This document shows positions 51,631-64,000 of a stretch of 64,000 nt of DNA, piece after piece (the first letter of the stretch is position 1; each line of letters begins with the position of its first letter). A program made the translations under genes and the position numbers. A model generated the notes under the pieces. It did no database searches, had not been told where the DNA came from, and saw only the letters and a list, made by a program, of their open reading frames with translations. This DNA comes from Haliotis rufescens (lineage: Eukaryota): positions 5,704,001 through 5,768,000 of the forward strand of contig NW_025963846.1 in NCBI RefSeq assembly GCF_023055435.1, written 5' to 3'.

Positions 51631-51904
51631 GTTTTGGTTTTGGTTTTGGTTGTTGTTTAACGCCACACTCGGCAATATTCCAGCGATATGACGGCGGTCT
51701 GTTAATAACCGAGTCTGGATCAGACAATCCAGTGATTGACATCATGAGCATCGATCAACGCTATTGGGATACACTGACATGTATCAACCAAGACAGCGAG
51801 CCTGACAACCCGATCCCGTTAGTCGCCTCTTACGACAGGCGCAGTCGCCTTTTACGGCAAGTATGGGTTGCTGAAGACCTATTCTACCCCGGATCTTCAC
51901 GGGT
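51631..51904 (-). mobile_element. SINE family B, full length
   Basis: TSD CAGTTCTTTGG at 51620-51630/51905-51915. Confidence 0.9.
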
Positions 51905-52177
51905 CAGTTCTTTGGAAAAGTGGGGAGAAGGTGTACTTAAGATATTATCATCCTAGGGCGTAATTCGGAAAACACTTTAAGTTTGCTTTCTTTAACCAAA
52001 GATTAGTCAATTAAATGTTATTTTTGTTGAAAAGAAAGCAAATAATTTAGGCATATGTTCTTCTATACGTCAACATCAATAGTATGCTTCAAGCATTTAG
52101 GGGTGCGCACCCTTCAAGCCGCCTCTAGGTCCGCGTGTACCCTCTAACGAGAGAGAGAAAAGTTACGAGGTATTAGA

Positions 52178-52810
52178 AGCGTACTGACAGGTTTAACGTG
52201 ATGTATTGTGAGCGTACTAAGAGTTGATGTCCAACAGGTTTAACGTGTTGTATTGTGAGCGTACTAAGAGTTGTTGTCCAACAGGTTTAACGTGATGTAT
52301 TGTGAGCGTACTAAGAGCTGTTGTCCAACAGGTTTAACGTGATGTATTGTGAGCGTACTAAGAGTTGTTGTCCAACAGGTTTAACGTGATGTATTGTGAG
52401 CGTACTTAGAGCTGTTGTCCAACAGGTTTAACGTGTTGTATTGTGAGCGTACTAAGAGCTGTTGTTCAACAGATTTAACGTGATGTATTGTGAGCGTACT
52501 AAGAGCTGTTTTCCAACAGGTTTAACGTGATGTATTGTGAGCGTACTAAGAGCTGTTGTCCAACAGGTTTAACGTGATGTATTGTGAGCGTACTAAGAGT
52601 TGTTGTCCAACAGGTTTAACGTGATGTATTGTGAGCGTACTAAGAGCTGTTGTCCAACAGGTTTAACGTGATGTATTGTAAGCGTACGAAGAGTTGTTGT
52701 CCAACAGGTTTAACGTGATGTATTGTAAGCGTACGAAGAGCTGTTGTCCAACAGGTTTAACGTAATGTATAGTGAACGTACATTGCTTCGTTATCCAACA
52801 GGTCTAAGGT
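52178..52810. repeat. 47-bp tandem array (AACAGGTTTAACGTGATGTATTGTGAGCGTACTAAGAGCTGTTGTCC), ~13 units
   Basis: Directly visible. Confidence 0.95.
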
Positions 52811-52876
52811 GTATGTGTGTTTAAACGTCCCGGGCGATAACTGAGCGATTTGCTAAGCGTTTGCTTGTGTACCAAG

Positions 52877-53044
52877 TGAGTGAGTGAGTGAGTATGTTTT
52901 ACGCCGCTTTTAGCAATATTCCAGCAATATCACGGCGGGGGACACCAGAAATGGGCTTCACACATTGTACCCATGTCGGGAATCGAACCCGGGTCTTCGG
53001 TGTGACGAGCGAACGCTTTAACCACTAGGCTACCCGACCGCCCC
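52877..53044 (-). mobile_element. SINE family A
   Basis: TSD GCTTGTGTACCAAG at 52863-52876/53045-53058. Confidence 0.92.
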
Positions 53045-53654
53045 GCTTGTGTACCAAGACGTTCCATCAATGCCAAGAGTCGATAACATGCAGGCAGCTG
53101 GGATGAAGCTGGAATGTCGCTGATTGCAGCATCTAAATGATGAACAAACCAAACGATTCGCTGTTCACTCACGTGCAAGGAACAACATCTTCTGAAGCCA
53201 AGTTCGAAGTAGCTGCGCATGCGCGCTATTTGACAAGATTATTTGACATGTACTGAGCTTAAACACGACTTTGGGACTTTAGAATCTGTGTAAGACTCTA
53301 CAATATTGATTTAAATAAATATTTGCAGGGGGTGCAAGGTGAAATCCTGTTTGTGGTGTTATCTGATAAGACTGTTTTAAAAGGAGGTTATTAATAAGCC
53401 TGAGTTGTTTAAGCCCACATTTCTAGAGGGTTCTATGCTGGGTACGGCTATGTACCACAACCAAATTACGTGAGTGAAGTGGGATATAGGTGTGTCTGAC
53501 GTTCAACCATAGAACAACAACAGCCACATATCTCCCGAGCAAGACAACTCCACATGTGTTACGTTCTTCGTTGGGTAGTAGGCCACAATTCTCATTTAAA
53601 TAACAATATACACTTTGTAGTAGATTCAAGTCCGCTAAAATGTCAAGTGTTGAG

Positions 53655-53822
53655 TGAGTGAGTGAGTGAGTTTGGCTTTACGTCTCTTTTAGCAATATTC
53701 TAGCAATATCACGGCGGGGGACACCAGAAATGGGCTTCACACATTGTACCCATGTCGGGAATCGAACCCGGGTCTTCGGCGTGACGAGCGAACGCTTTAA
53801 CCACTAAGCTACCCGACCGCCC
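53655..53822 (-). mobile_element. SINE family A
   Basis: TSD TGTCAA(G/A)TGTTGAG. Confidence 0.92.
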
Positions 53823-54025
53823 TGTCAAATGTTGAGATTTCATGTATCGTATAGGTTATTGTATCGTAACCTTACTTTCGAAATGGGTATCGTATTGCTA
53901 CTAAGTGTATCGCTACAGCCTTAGGAAATAGCTTCATGGTTCTGTGGCATGTCACATTGATGTGTGTGGATCGGAGAGTCATTGATGGAACAGTTAATTA
54001 ACCGCTCTGAATGCCTCCGCCTGAT

Positions 54026-54275
54026 GGGGGCCTTGTGGCCCAGTCGTCTAAGGCGCCGCGATTCGCTGTGCAGAGTTGCGTCCCTTGGACACGCCAGGAA
54101 CCTATGATTGTGGGTTCGAACCCCGTATGGCCCGACTATGTTTCTAGGTTTGTCAGCCCCATACCAAAGTGGTAAAAGTCTAAGAAACATGGGGGTTTCC
54201 TCCCACATTAAGCTTACACGCCAATATATAACTGGAAGACTGTTAAAAGCGGCTTTAAACCCAACTCTCTCACTC
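54026..54275 (+). mobile_element. SINE family D
   Basis: GTGGCCCAGTCGTCTAAGGCG...GGGTTCGAACCCC...GGTTTCCTCCCAC...tail. Confidence 0.8.
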
Positions 54276-54616
54276 CGTCTGCCGATGGAGGAGTATGCCG
54301 CTTATGTTAAGGGGATATGAGGCTTCTTCCAGGGAGAAGCGTGATGTGGCCTTGAGCTAGCAGCAGCATCTTGAGGCGATAGCGTGTGTAACTTCATGGG
54401 GATGTGTCGTATTTTAATAAGGCATTATTACTCACTGACCTCGAAATCAGCATGGCATCACGGAGACGGCCGTTATCCCTCATTTTAACAGTCATGCGTT
54501 GGCCACTAGACTTGTGTTCGTGGATGGTAATGCTAGTCATCACAGATGACGTGCTGTTCCGGGATGCTTACGTCAGAGTGCCACCAAGACACCTCCTTGG
54601 CTAGTAAGAAGTCATG

Positions 54617-54703
54617 GTGTGAAGCCCATTTCTGGTGTCCCCCGCCGTGATATTGCTGGAATATTGCTAAAAGCGGCGTAAAACCATACTCACTCACTCA
54701 CTC
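54617..54703 (+). mobile_element. SINE family A, 5'-truncated
   Basis: The 3' half matches the consensus. Confidence 0.85.
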
Positions 54704-55110
54704 TTGCATCTACTGACATGGTTTAGGATTCCGGTGATAGAGACTAGTTTGAAGCAGTACAGTATTTATTGTTCGGGAAGAGTAATTTCCACTTTGAGTT
54801 TGGTGATCAAAACGTCTTTCTCAAAAATGCCAGCCATTCAGAATAAATGTCATTGTTGGAATTCAAATCTTTGTTTTCTTCATCAGTGATGACTCTAGTT
54901 AGCGGTAATCATCAAAGGATACTGAAATCTCGAAGGCATTTTGCACTAGACCGCAAGTAAATTAACTCATTATGATAATATGGATGGTGCTTATTTTATT
55001 TCTATGTGTATACATACACTAGGTCATCATGTGTGACATGTTTGCCTCACTAGGTGTGCATGGGTGCAATGAGTGACTGGCATGGTCTAAATGTATTGAT
55101 TTTACCAAGA

Positions 55111-55388
55111 GTGAGTCAGTTGGGTGTAACGCCGCTTTTAACAGTATTACAGTTATATCGCGGCGTGTCAGCTTAATGTGGGAGGAAAGTCCGAAGTGAT
55201 GCAGGTCTCAGACGTTTACCACTTTGGTGAAACCAACTAGCACGGGTATGGTGCTGACAAACCTAGAAACATAATCGGGGCGAACCGGGATTCGAACCCA
55301 CAATCATAGGTTTCTGGCGTGCCCAAGGGACGTAACTCTGCACAGCGAATCGCGGCGCCTTAGACGACTGGGCCACCCGTGTCCCCTC
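55111..55388 (-). mobile_element. SINE family D, full length
   Basis: TSD ATTTT(A/G)CCAAGA at 55099-55110/55389-55400. Confidence 0.88.
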
Positions 55389-55889
55389 ATTTTGCCAAGA
55401 ACAAGAAATGAGCAGGGGCATTCACTTTACTGACGATTTAATTTAATCTCGTTTCGAACAATAAATGTCGGATGCAAATATATTCAAAATCCAAAGTTAT
55501 ATAGACAAGGGTACGTGTCCCTGTGACCTTCACCCGGTCATCTGCACTCGGCCGATTTTCCAACCCGGATCTGACCTAAAAACATCCCAAAGGCCCTCCA
55601 CTCCAGATACGCCTTGTGTGGTCCCATTGCTGGTGTACTGTACATTCTTGTCTATTGCTGGGCAGTCTACTACAGTAGATCTGTTGGTCATGATCTGCGC
55701 TGTCTTATCTGTGACATTGGGTTAACATCCTGGAAGGTTGATGTCACGTGTGACTGACGTGACGTGGACACTGAGACAATGACGACTATTTCAATCGTCC
55801 TCGTTGTGTAAGTGCATCGTTTGGCCGTACCTTGAGTCTGACCTGACCTTAACCTGTCCCGGCGTCTCCCCGCTTATACAACACAGAGT

Positions 55890-56220
55890 GGCCTCTAGGC
55901 CATGTCTGTGTACAGTTATATATCCTATACTACTCTTGGCCATGTCTGTTTACAGTTATATATCCTATACCCCTCTAGGCAATGTCTGTGTACAGTTATA
56001 TATCCTATACCACTCTAGGCAATGTCTGTGTACAGCTATATATCCTATACCACTCTAGGCAATGTCTGTATACAGTTATATATCATATACCGCTCTAGGC
56101 AATGTCTGTATACAGTTATATATCCTATACCGCTCTAGGCAATGTCTGTATCCAGTTATGTATCCTTAACCCCATTATACAATGTATGTGTGCATCTCTA
56201 TATCCTTTTGACATCTAGCT
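55890..56220. repeat. 40-bp tandem repeat (CTCTAGGCAATGTCTGTGTACAGTTATATATCCTATACCA)
   Basis: About 7-8 units. Confidence 0.9.
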
Positions 56221-57689
56221 AATGATTATGTGCAGATTACCCTTAATGCAACTCGGTCATGTCTCTGCAGATATATACCCCGTCTCCCACCAGGTCGTGT
56301 CAGTTTGGATCTATATATATATATCACGCTTGACCATATTGATATTTGGATTCTAACACTAGATAACTCATGTACAACCAATCGTAGAACTGCAATAGAC
56401 AGGGGTGCAATTGAAAACCTTGTTTTGGTGCAATGAATTATGTGTAAAATTACTTTTATCGCTAAAAGTTAAAAAGCACGTGCAACATGACCCTATATGG
56501 GTATAGTGGGTATAAAGGCTCACAATAATCATCAAAGCTCAAGGAAACCAGAAACGTGCCACGTTTATCGGCAGATGAGTTCGGTTTGTTGGTATGTTGT
56601 TTCACGCCGCACACTATTCCAGCTAAACGCAAATCAGTCATATCTCAAACTTTACTTTTTATTTGTTGTTATGGTTATCACATTCAAAGGAAGCTTCAAT
56701 TCCAAGATTTAATTCAACTCTAAAATCCATCTAAAATGATACACTGAAAACTAGCAATAACTATCAATAGTTGCTTGCAATATCAGCAGTTATCGCAATA
56801 GCGATTTCCAGACCAGTAGTCACCCTTAGTCACCATACCCAACGAAAATCGTTATTTGTCGAAGTGATGCAGGTCTTAGACGTTTACCACTTTATTGAAA
56901 CCCATGGGCATGGAGCTGAGTAACCTAGAAACATAATCGGGGCGAAACGTTTGAGAAATAGCTTATTAACAGTGACATCACTATATCCAGATCACCGAGT
57001 CACCATGGTATTCGAGGCTATAGGCATTTCCGGGATGTCATGTTGACACGTCAACAGCGACGTCAAAGACTGTACAAAGATGGCAGAACAGGAACTGGCA
57101 AAGAGTTATGCTTAAGAGAAGGTTCCAGATTTTAAGAGCAATTTAAGAGCGGGAAGAACGCACGGTTTGTGTTGTGTCAAGGAGACCGAACCATTTGGAT
57201 AGGGATTTATGTTCAAGAAAAGATGGAACTTGTGTTGAACTCTTATCTTACAGCACAACGTTAAGACGACGAGGTATATCTTCGCTACAGTGCTTCCCTT
57301 CCGAACAGAACCTACGGATCTTGTTTCAACATCACAACGTATGACCACAAACAGTACGTATCTTTGTGCAGGTAAAAAACCTCCTGTATAATCGCTGCAA
57401 GTGCATTGTAGCTCTGTATTTTTGCTGTCTATTGGCATAAGTTCTTGATTAAAACGTAACATTTGGAATATCTTCTTGTCCTTTTTGTCTAGTTTGATCT
57501 ATAGTTTGGTACAGTTTCGTTTGTTCGCCAGTGTATATCCTATACACATTCAAATTTAGTTCTGACCTTTTCCTCATTTTACGACCATGGTGTATATATT
57601 GTCCTGACCGTGAACAATGAGCACCTGCTTGACATGCACAAATAAGGTGCACTCGATAGTTTCTATATTAGAAACAAGGAGTATGTATG

Positions 57690-57802
57690 TTTTTTGCTGA
57701 ACGCCGCACTCAGCGATATTCCAGCTAAAAGGGGGTAGCCTGTAAGTAATCGAGTCTGGACCACTCGTGTGCACGTGAGTGATATGATGAGTATCGATGC
57801 TC
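57690..57802 (-). mobile_element. SINE family B 3' fragment
   Basis: ACGCCGCACTCAGCGATATTCCAGCT...AATCGAGTCTGGACCA. Confidence 0.65.
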
Positions 57803-57974
57803 AAGGGGGTAAAAGCACAGTAACGATAAATAATACAGCAACTGAAGATGCAACTTTTTTACCAGCAGAGTGTACTGGAACGTCAGGGTCAATGTCCTTT
57901 TGTATCTGACAATAACTCAATTAAATCACATAAGAATATTGCACAAGCACATGCCCTTCATAATATGGTGAATA

Positions 57975-60900
57975 CCATTCAGTGTGACCCTATACTGTAC
58001 TCTAAACACAGTGACATTCAGTGTGACCCTGTACCATACTCTTCACACAATGACAATCAGTGTGACTCAGTACTGTCATCTCAACACAATGGCATTCAGT
58101 GTGACTCAGTACTGTCATCTCAGCACAACGCCATTCAGTGTGACTATACCATACTCTTCACACAATGGCAATCAGTGTGACTCAGTACTGACATCTCAAC
58201 ACAATGACATTCAGTTTGACTCTATACTATACTCTCAACTCAATGACATTCAGTGTGACTCTATACTATACTCTCAACACAATGACATTCAGTGTGACTA
58301 TACTATACTCTCAACACAATGACATTCAGTGTGACCCTATACTGTACTCTCAACACAGTGACATTCAGTGTGACCCTGTACTGTACTCTCAACACAATGA
58401 CATTCAGTGTGACTATACTATACTCTCAACTCAATGACATTCAGTGTGACTCTATACTATACTCTCAACACAATGACATTCAGTTTGACTCAGTACTGTC
58501 ATCTCAACACAATGACATTCAGTGTGACTCAGTACTGTCATCTCAACACAATGACATTCAGTTTGACTATACTATACTCTCAACACAATGACATTCAGTG
58601 TGACTCAGTACTGTCATCTCAACACAATGACATTCAGTTTGACTCTATACTATACTCTCAACACAATGACATTCAGTGTGACTCAGTACTGTCATCTCAA
58701 CACCATGACATTCAGTTTGACTCTATACTATACTCTCAACTCAATGACATTCAGTGTGACTCTATACTATACTCTCAACACAACGCCATTCAGTGTGACT
58801 ATACTATACTCTCAACACAATGACATTCAGTGTGACTCAGTACTGTCATCTCAACACAATGACATTCAGTTTGACTCAGTACTGTCATCTCAACACAACG
58901 CCATTCAGTTTGACTCTATACTATACTCTCAACACAATGACATTCAGTGTGACTCAGTACTGTCATCTCAACACAATGACATTCAGTGTGACTCTATACT
59001 ATACTCTCAACACAATGACATTCAGTGTGACTCAGTACTGTCATCTCAACACAATGACATTCAGTTTGACTCTATACTATACTCTCAACTCAATGACATT
59101 CAGTGTGACTCTATACTATACTCTCAACACAACGCCATTCAGTGTGACTATACTATACTCTCAACACAATGACATTCAGTGTGACTCAGTACTGTCATCT
59201 CAACACAATGACATTCAGTTTGACTCAGTACTGTCATCTCAACACAATGACATTCAGTTTGACTCTATACTATACTCTCAACTCAATGACATTCAGTGTG
59301 ACTCTATACTATACTCTCAACACAATGACATTCAGTGTGACTCAGTACTGTCATCTCAACACAATGACATTCAGTGTGACTCTATACTATACTCTCAACA
59401 CAATGACATTCAGTGTGACTCAGTACTGTCATCTCAACACAATGACATTCAGTTTGACTCTATACTATACTCTCAACTCAATGACATTCAGTGTGACTCT
59501 ATACTATACTCTCAACACAACGCCATTCAGTGTGACTATACTATACTCTCAACTCAATGACATTCAGTGTGACTCTATACTATACTCTCAACACAACGCC
59601 ATTCAGTGTGACTATACTATACTCTCAACACAATGACATTCAGTGTGACTCTATACTATACTCTCAACACAGTGACATTCAGTGTGACTCAGTACTGTCA
59701 TCTCAACACAATGACATTCAGTGTGACTCAGTACTGTCATCTCAACACAATGACATTCAGTTTGACTCTATACTATACTCTCAACTCAATGACATTCAGT
59801 GTGACTCTATACTATACTCTCAACACAGTGACATTCAGTGTGACTCAGTACTGTCATCTCAACACAATGACATTCAGTGTGACTCAGTACTGTCATCTCA
59901 ACACAATGACATTCAGTTTGACTCTATACTATACTCTCAACACAATGACATTCAGTTTGACTCTATACTATACTCTCAACTCAATGACATTCAGTGTGAC
60001 TCTATACTATACTCTCAACACAACGCCATTCAGTGTGACTATACTATACTCTCAACACAATGACATTCAGTGTGACCCTATACTGTACTCTCAACACAGT
60101 GACATTCAGTGTGACCCTGTACTGTACTCTCAACACAATGACATTCAGTGTGACTATACTATACTCTCAACTCAATGACATTCAGTGTGACTCTATACTA
60201 TACTCTCAACACAATGACATTCAGTTTGACTCTATACTATACTCTCAACTCAATGACATTCAGTGTGACTCTATACTATACTCTCAACACAATGACATTC
60301 AGTTTGACTCTATACTATACTCTCAACACAATGACACTCAGTGTGACTCAGTACTGTCATCTCAACACAATGACATTCAGTTTGACTCTATACTATACTC
60401 TCAACACAACGCCATTCAGTGTGACTATACTATACTCTCAACACAATGACATTCAGTGTGACCCTATACTGTACTCTCAACACAGTGACATTCAGTGTGA
60501 CCCTGTACTGTACTCTCAACACAATGACATTCAGTGTGACTATACTATACTCTCAACTCAATGACATTCAGTGTGACTCTATACTATACTCTCAACACAA
60601 TGACTTTCAGTTTGACTCTATACTATACTCTCAACTCAATGACATTCAGTGTGACTCTATACTATACTCTCAACACAATGACATTCAGTGTGACTCTATA
60701 CTATACTCTCAACACAATGACAATCAGTGTGACTCAGTACTGTCATCTCAACACAATGACATTCAGTGTGACCCTGTACAATACTCTCAACACAATGACA
60801 TTCAGTGTGACTCTATACTATACTCTCAACACAATGACATTCAGTGTGACCCTATACTGTACTCTCAACACAGTGACATTCAGTGTGACCCTGTACCATA

Positions 60901-62480
60901 CTCTCAACACAATGACATTCAGTGTGACTCTATACTGTACTCTCAACACAATGACATTCAGTGTGACTCTATACTATACTCTCAACACAGTGACATTCAG
61001 TGTGACCCTGTACCATACTCTCAACACAATGACATTCAGTGTGACCCTATACTGTACTCTCAACACAATGACATTCAGTGTGACTCAGTACTGTCATCTC
61101 AACACAATGACATTCAGTGTGACTCAGTACTGTCTTTTCAGCACAATGACATTCAGTGTGACTCTATACTATACTCTCAACACAATGACATTCAGTGTGA
61201 CTCTATACTATACTATCAACAGAATGACATTCAGTGTGACTCTATACTATACTCTCAACACAATGACATTCAGTTTGACTCTATACTATACTCTCAACTC
61301 AATGACATTCAGTGTGACTCTATACTATACTCTCAACACAATGACATTCTGTGTGACTCTATACTATACTCTCAACACAATGACATTCAGTGTGACTCTA
61401 TACTATACTCTCAACACAATGACAATCAGTGTGACTCTATAATTATACTCTCAACACAATGACATTCAGTTTGACTCTATACTATACTCTCAACACAATG
61501 ACATTCAGTGTGACTCTATACTATGCTCTCAACACAATGACATTCAGTGTGACTCTATACTATACTCTCAACACAATGACAATCAGTGTGACTCTATAAT
61601 TATACTCTCAACACAACGCCATTCAGTGTGACTATACTATACTCTCAACACAATGACATTCAGTGTGACTCTATACTATACTCTCAACACAATGACATTC
61701 AGTGTGACTCTATACTATGCTCTCAACACAATGACATTCAGTGTGACTCTATACTATACTCTCAACACAATGACAATCAGTGTGACTCTATAATTATACT
61801 CTCAACACAATGACATTCAGTTTGACTCTATACTATACTCTCAACACAATGACATTCAGTGTGACTCTATACTATGCTCTCAACACAATGACATTCAGTG
61901 TGACTCTATACTATACTTTCAACACAATGACATTCAGTGTGACTCTATAATTATACTCTCAACACAACGCCATTCAGTGTGACTATACTATACTCTCAAC
62001 GCAATGACATTCAGTGTGACTCTATACTATACTCTCAACACAATGACATTCAGTGTGACTCTATACTATACTCTCAACACAATGACATTCAGTGTGACTC
62101 TATACTATACTATCAACACAATGACAATCAGTGTGACTCTATACTATACTATCAACACAATTACATTCAGTGTGACTCTATACCATACTATCAACAGAAT
62201 GACATTCAGTGTGACTCTATACTACAATCTTCACACACAATGAGATTCAGTGTGACTCTATACTATACACTTCACACAATGACATTCAGTGTGACTCAAT
62301 ACAATACTCTCAACACAATGACATTCAGTTTGACTCTATACTATATTATCAACACAATGACATTCAGTGTGACTCTATAATTATGCTCTCAACACAATGA
62401 CATTCAGTGTGACTATACTATACTCTCAACACAATGGCATTCAGTGTGACTCTATACTATACTCGCCACACAATGACACT
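57975..62480. repeat. 39-bp tandem array (ATGACATTCAGTGTGACTCTATACTATACTCTCAACACA), >100 units, with 37-bp variants
   Basis: Directly visible; it produces the periodic HNDIQCDSILYSQ and MTFSVTLYYTLNT ORFs. Confidence 0.97.
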
Positions 62481-62771
62481 ACGATATAGATAGAGCCAGA
62501 TTAGATATGTGATCTGGTATCTCCGTCACTGTGGAGAACACATCTGAGAAGTGTTGGGGTGTACGGTCCTAACCAGCAGTTGGATACAGTGGAGACAGCA
62601 CTTTAAGGTGAGATATCCCCCAAGATCAAATACCGATGACTTCTTCCTGGTGGCGGAGAACCTATCGAGTTTGATTAAAGTAATTGTAAAACATCCTTAC
62701 TTATGTACTAACTGAAATGTATCGATGTCTTAACGAACAGATACAGAAACTGAGTCACAGTTTTCCCAGAG

Positions 62772-62890
62772 AGAGTGAGTGAGTTTGTTTTACGCCGCTT
62801 TTAGCACCATTCCAGCAATATCACGGTGGGGACACCAGAAAGGGGCTTCGGTGTGACGTGCAAACACTTCAACCACTAGGCTACCTCACC
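62772..62890 (-). mobile_element. SINE family A, internally deleted
   Basis: Tail and head present, middle missing. Confidence 0.75.
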
Positions 62891-63221
62891 ACCTCTAGTA
62901 TTCCCAAAGGACAGCGTTATGTGGCAGTATATATTGGAAATTGATTCCTGATGATTGTTTGTGGCAGCAATGATCTCCTCGGCAGCAGAGCTCACTATAC
63001 CGGAGGGAGTTTGGGAACTCTGGTGTAGAGTTTGGACTATACACAGCTAAGGGAAGTCACACTATTTTACGAGCTGGCGCGGGCAAGTCATTAAATAAAT
63101 TACTTGCCACAACAGCTAACGACATTCTATGAGTGTTTGACTTGCTGCCACTAACAGTGATCAGAAATAAAATTATAATACATACTAATACAAAGTAACA
63201 GGCACTAGCTACAACACGTAG

Positions 63222-63382
63222 GGGGCGGTCGGGTAGCCTAGTGGTTAAAGCGTTCGCTCCTCACGCCGAAGACCCGGGTTCGATTCCCGACATGGGTACA
63301 ATGTGTGAAGCCCATTTCTGGTGTCCCCCGCCGTGATATTGCTGGAATATTGCTAAAAGCGGCGTAAAACCATACTCACTCA
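63222..63382 (+). mobile_element. SINE family A
   Basis: TSD CTACAACACGTAG at 63209-63221/63383-63395. Confidence 0.92.
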
Positions 63383-64000
63383 CTACAACACGTAGACCTA
63401 AACTAGGCACAGTTGTGAAACCCAAAGATGTTGTCCTAAGGGAATCATGGCGAATCAGTGGATCTTGGCACTGCATTACGAGTACTAAGGGCAATGGACC
63501 AACTGTATTCTCTGGAATAACAAATGGACGCTGGTATTACATCGTATATACTTAATAATATATGATAAAAGTGTCGTTGTAGCAAAACCTAAACAAAGGA
63601 TAACATGACTCATCAAACAAGATTCACCAACAGCCTGTTTCACATGGGAAGCAACCAGTGACAAACACAGGACCATATTAAAGCGTTGTTTGTATACGAT
63701 TGGCTGAAAATCGTTTATTGTGCTCTGAGGGCGATGAACAGTGTGGCAGTGTCCCTGCTAGGTCTGGAACAGACTCAGGCTGTGAACTAGCTGTTGTCAT
63801 ACTGGCACTGCTGATCTGACACGTTGAGCTTTCCAGTGCAGACCGACTTAGCGCACCAAGCATGGGGTAATCGCTATACAATACGCGAAGTACCAAGCAT
63901 TGGAAGACATTTATTAGTTTGAGTAAATAAAAAAAACCATTCATCAACACTTTTAGCTGTTGCAATCTTGTAATTCGGGGTACTGTGTGCCTTTGCGGCA

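Noticed and set aside
54280-55735. Possible minus-strand exons (MTSITIHEHKSSG... at ~54440-54550; MTNRSTVVDCPA... at ~55520-55692)
   Set aside because: Short frames with no recognisable homology, and I could not build a consistent splice chain.
57848-62380. Repetitive ORFs up to 338 aa as a CDS
   Set aside because: They arise from a 39-bp satellite with recurrent 2-bp deletions; there is no signal peptide or unique domain.
63400-63965. 95-aa minus-strand ORF and unique sequence at the window end
   Set aside because: No recognisable domain or splice support within the window.

Overview
Eukaryotic (animal) genomic DNA. The SINE types suggest a mollusc, possibly an abalone-like gastropod; that is an inference. 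Positions 2.9-34.3 kb hold a head-to-tail array of five intact minus-strand alpha-tubulin genes. Each has three coding exons (ATG only, 223 nt, 1130 nt) and encodes 451 aa (MREC...GEEY). Each has a TATA box, an E-box, RFX X-box-like motifs and a very short conserved 3' UTR. Copy 2 encodes Gln at the Lys40 acetylation site (K40Q). Copy 4 looks like a recent chimera of copies 3 and 5, created by a ~6.8 kb tandem duplication. The rest of the window is repeat-rich: four SINE families (three tRNA-headed, one with a structured non-tRNA head), Tc1/mariner remnants, MITEs, Penelope-like fragments with minimal hammerhead-like cores, and several minisatellite arrays (11, 26, 39, 40, 44, 47 and 56 bp units). 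I found no other protein-coding gene I can support.
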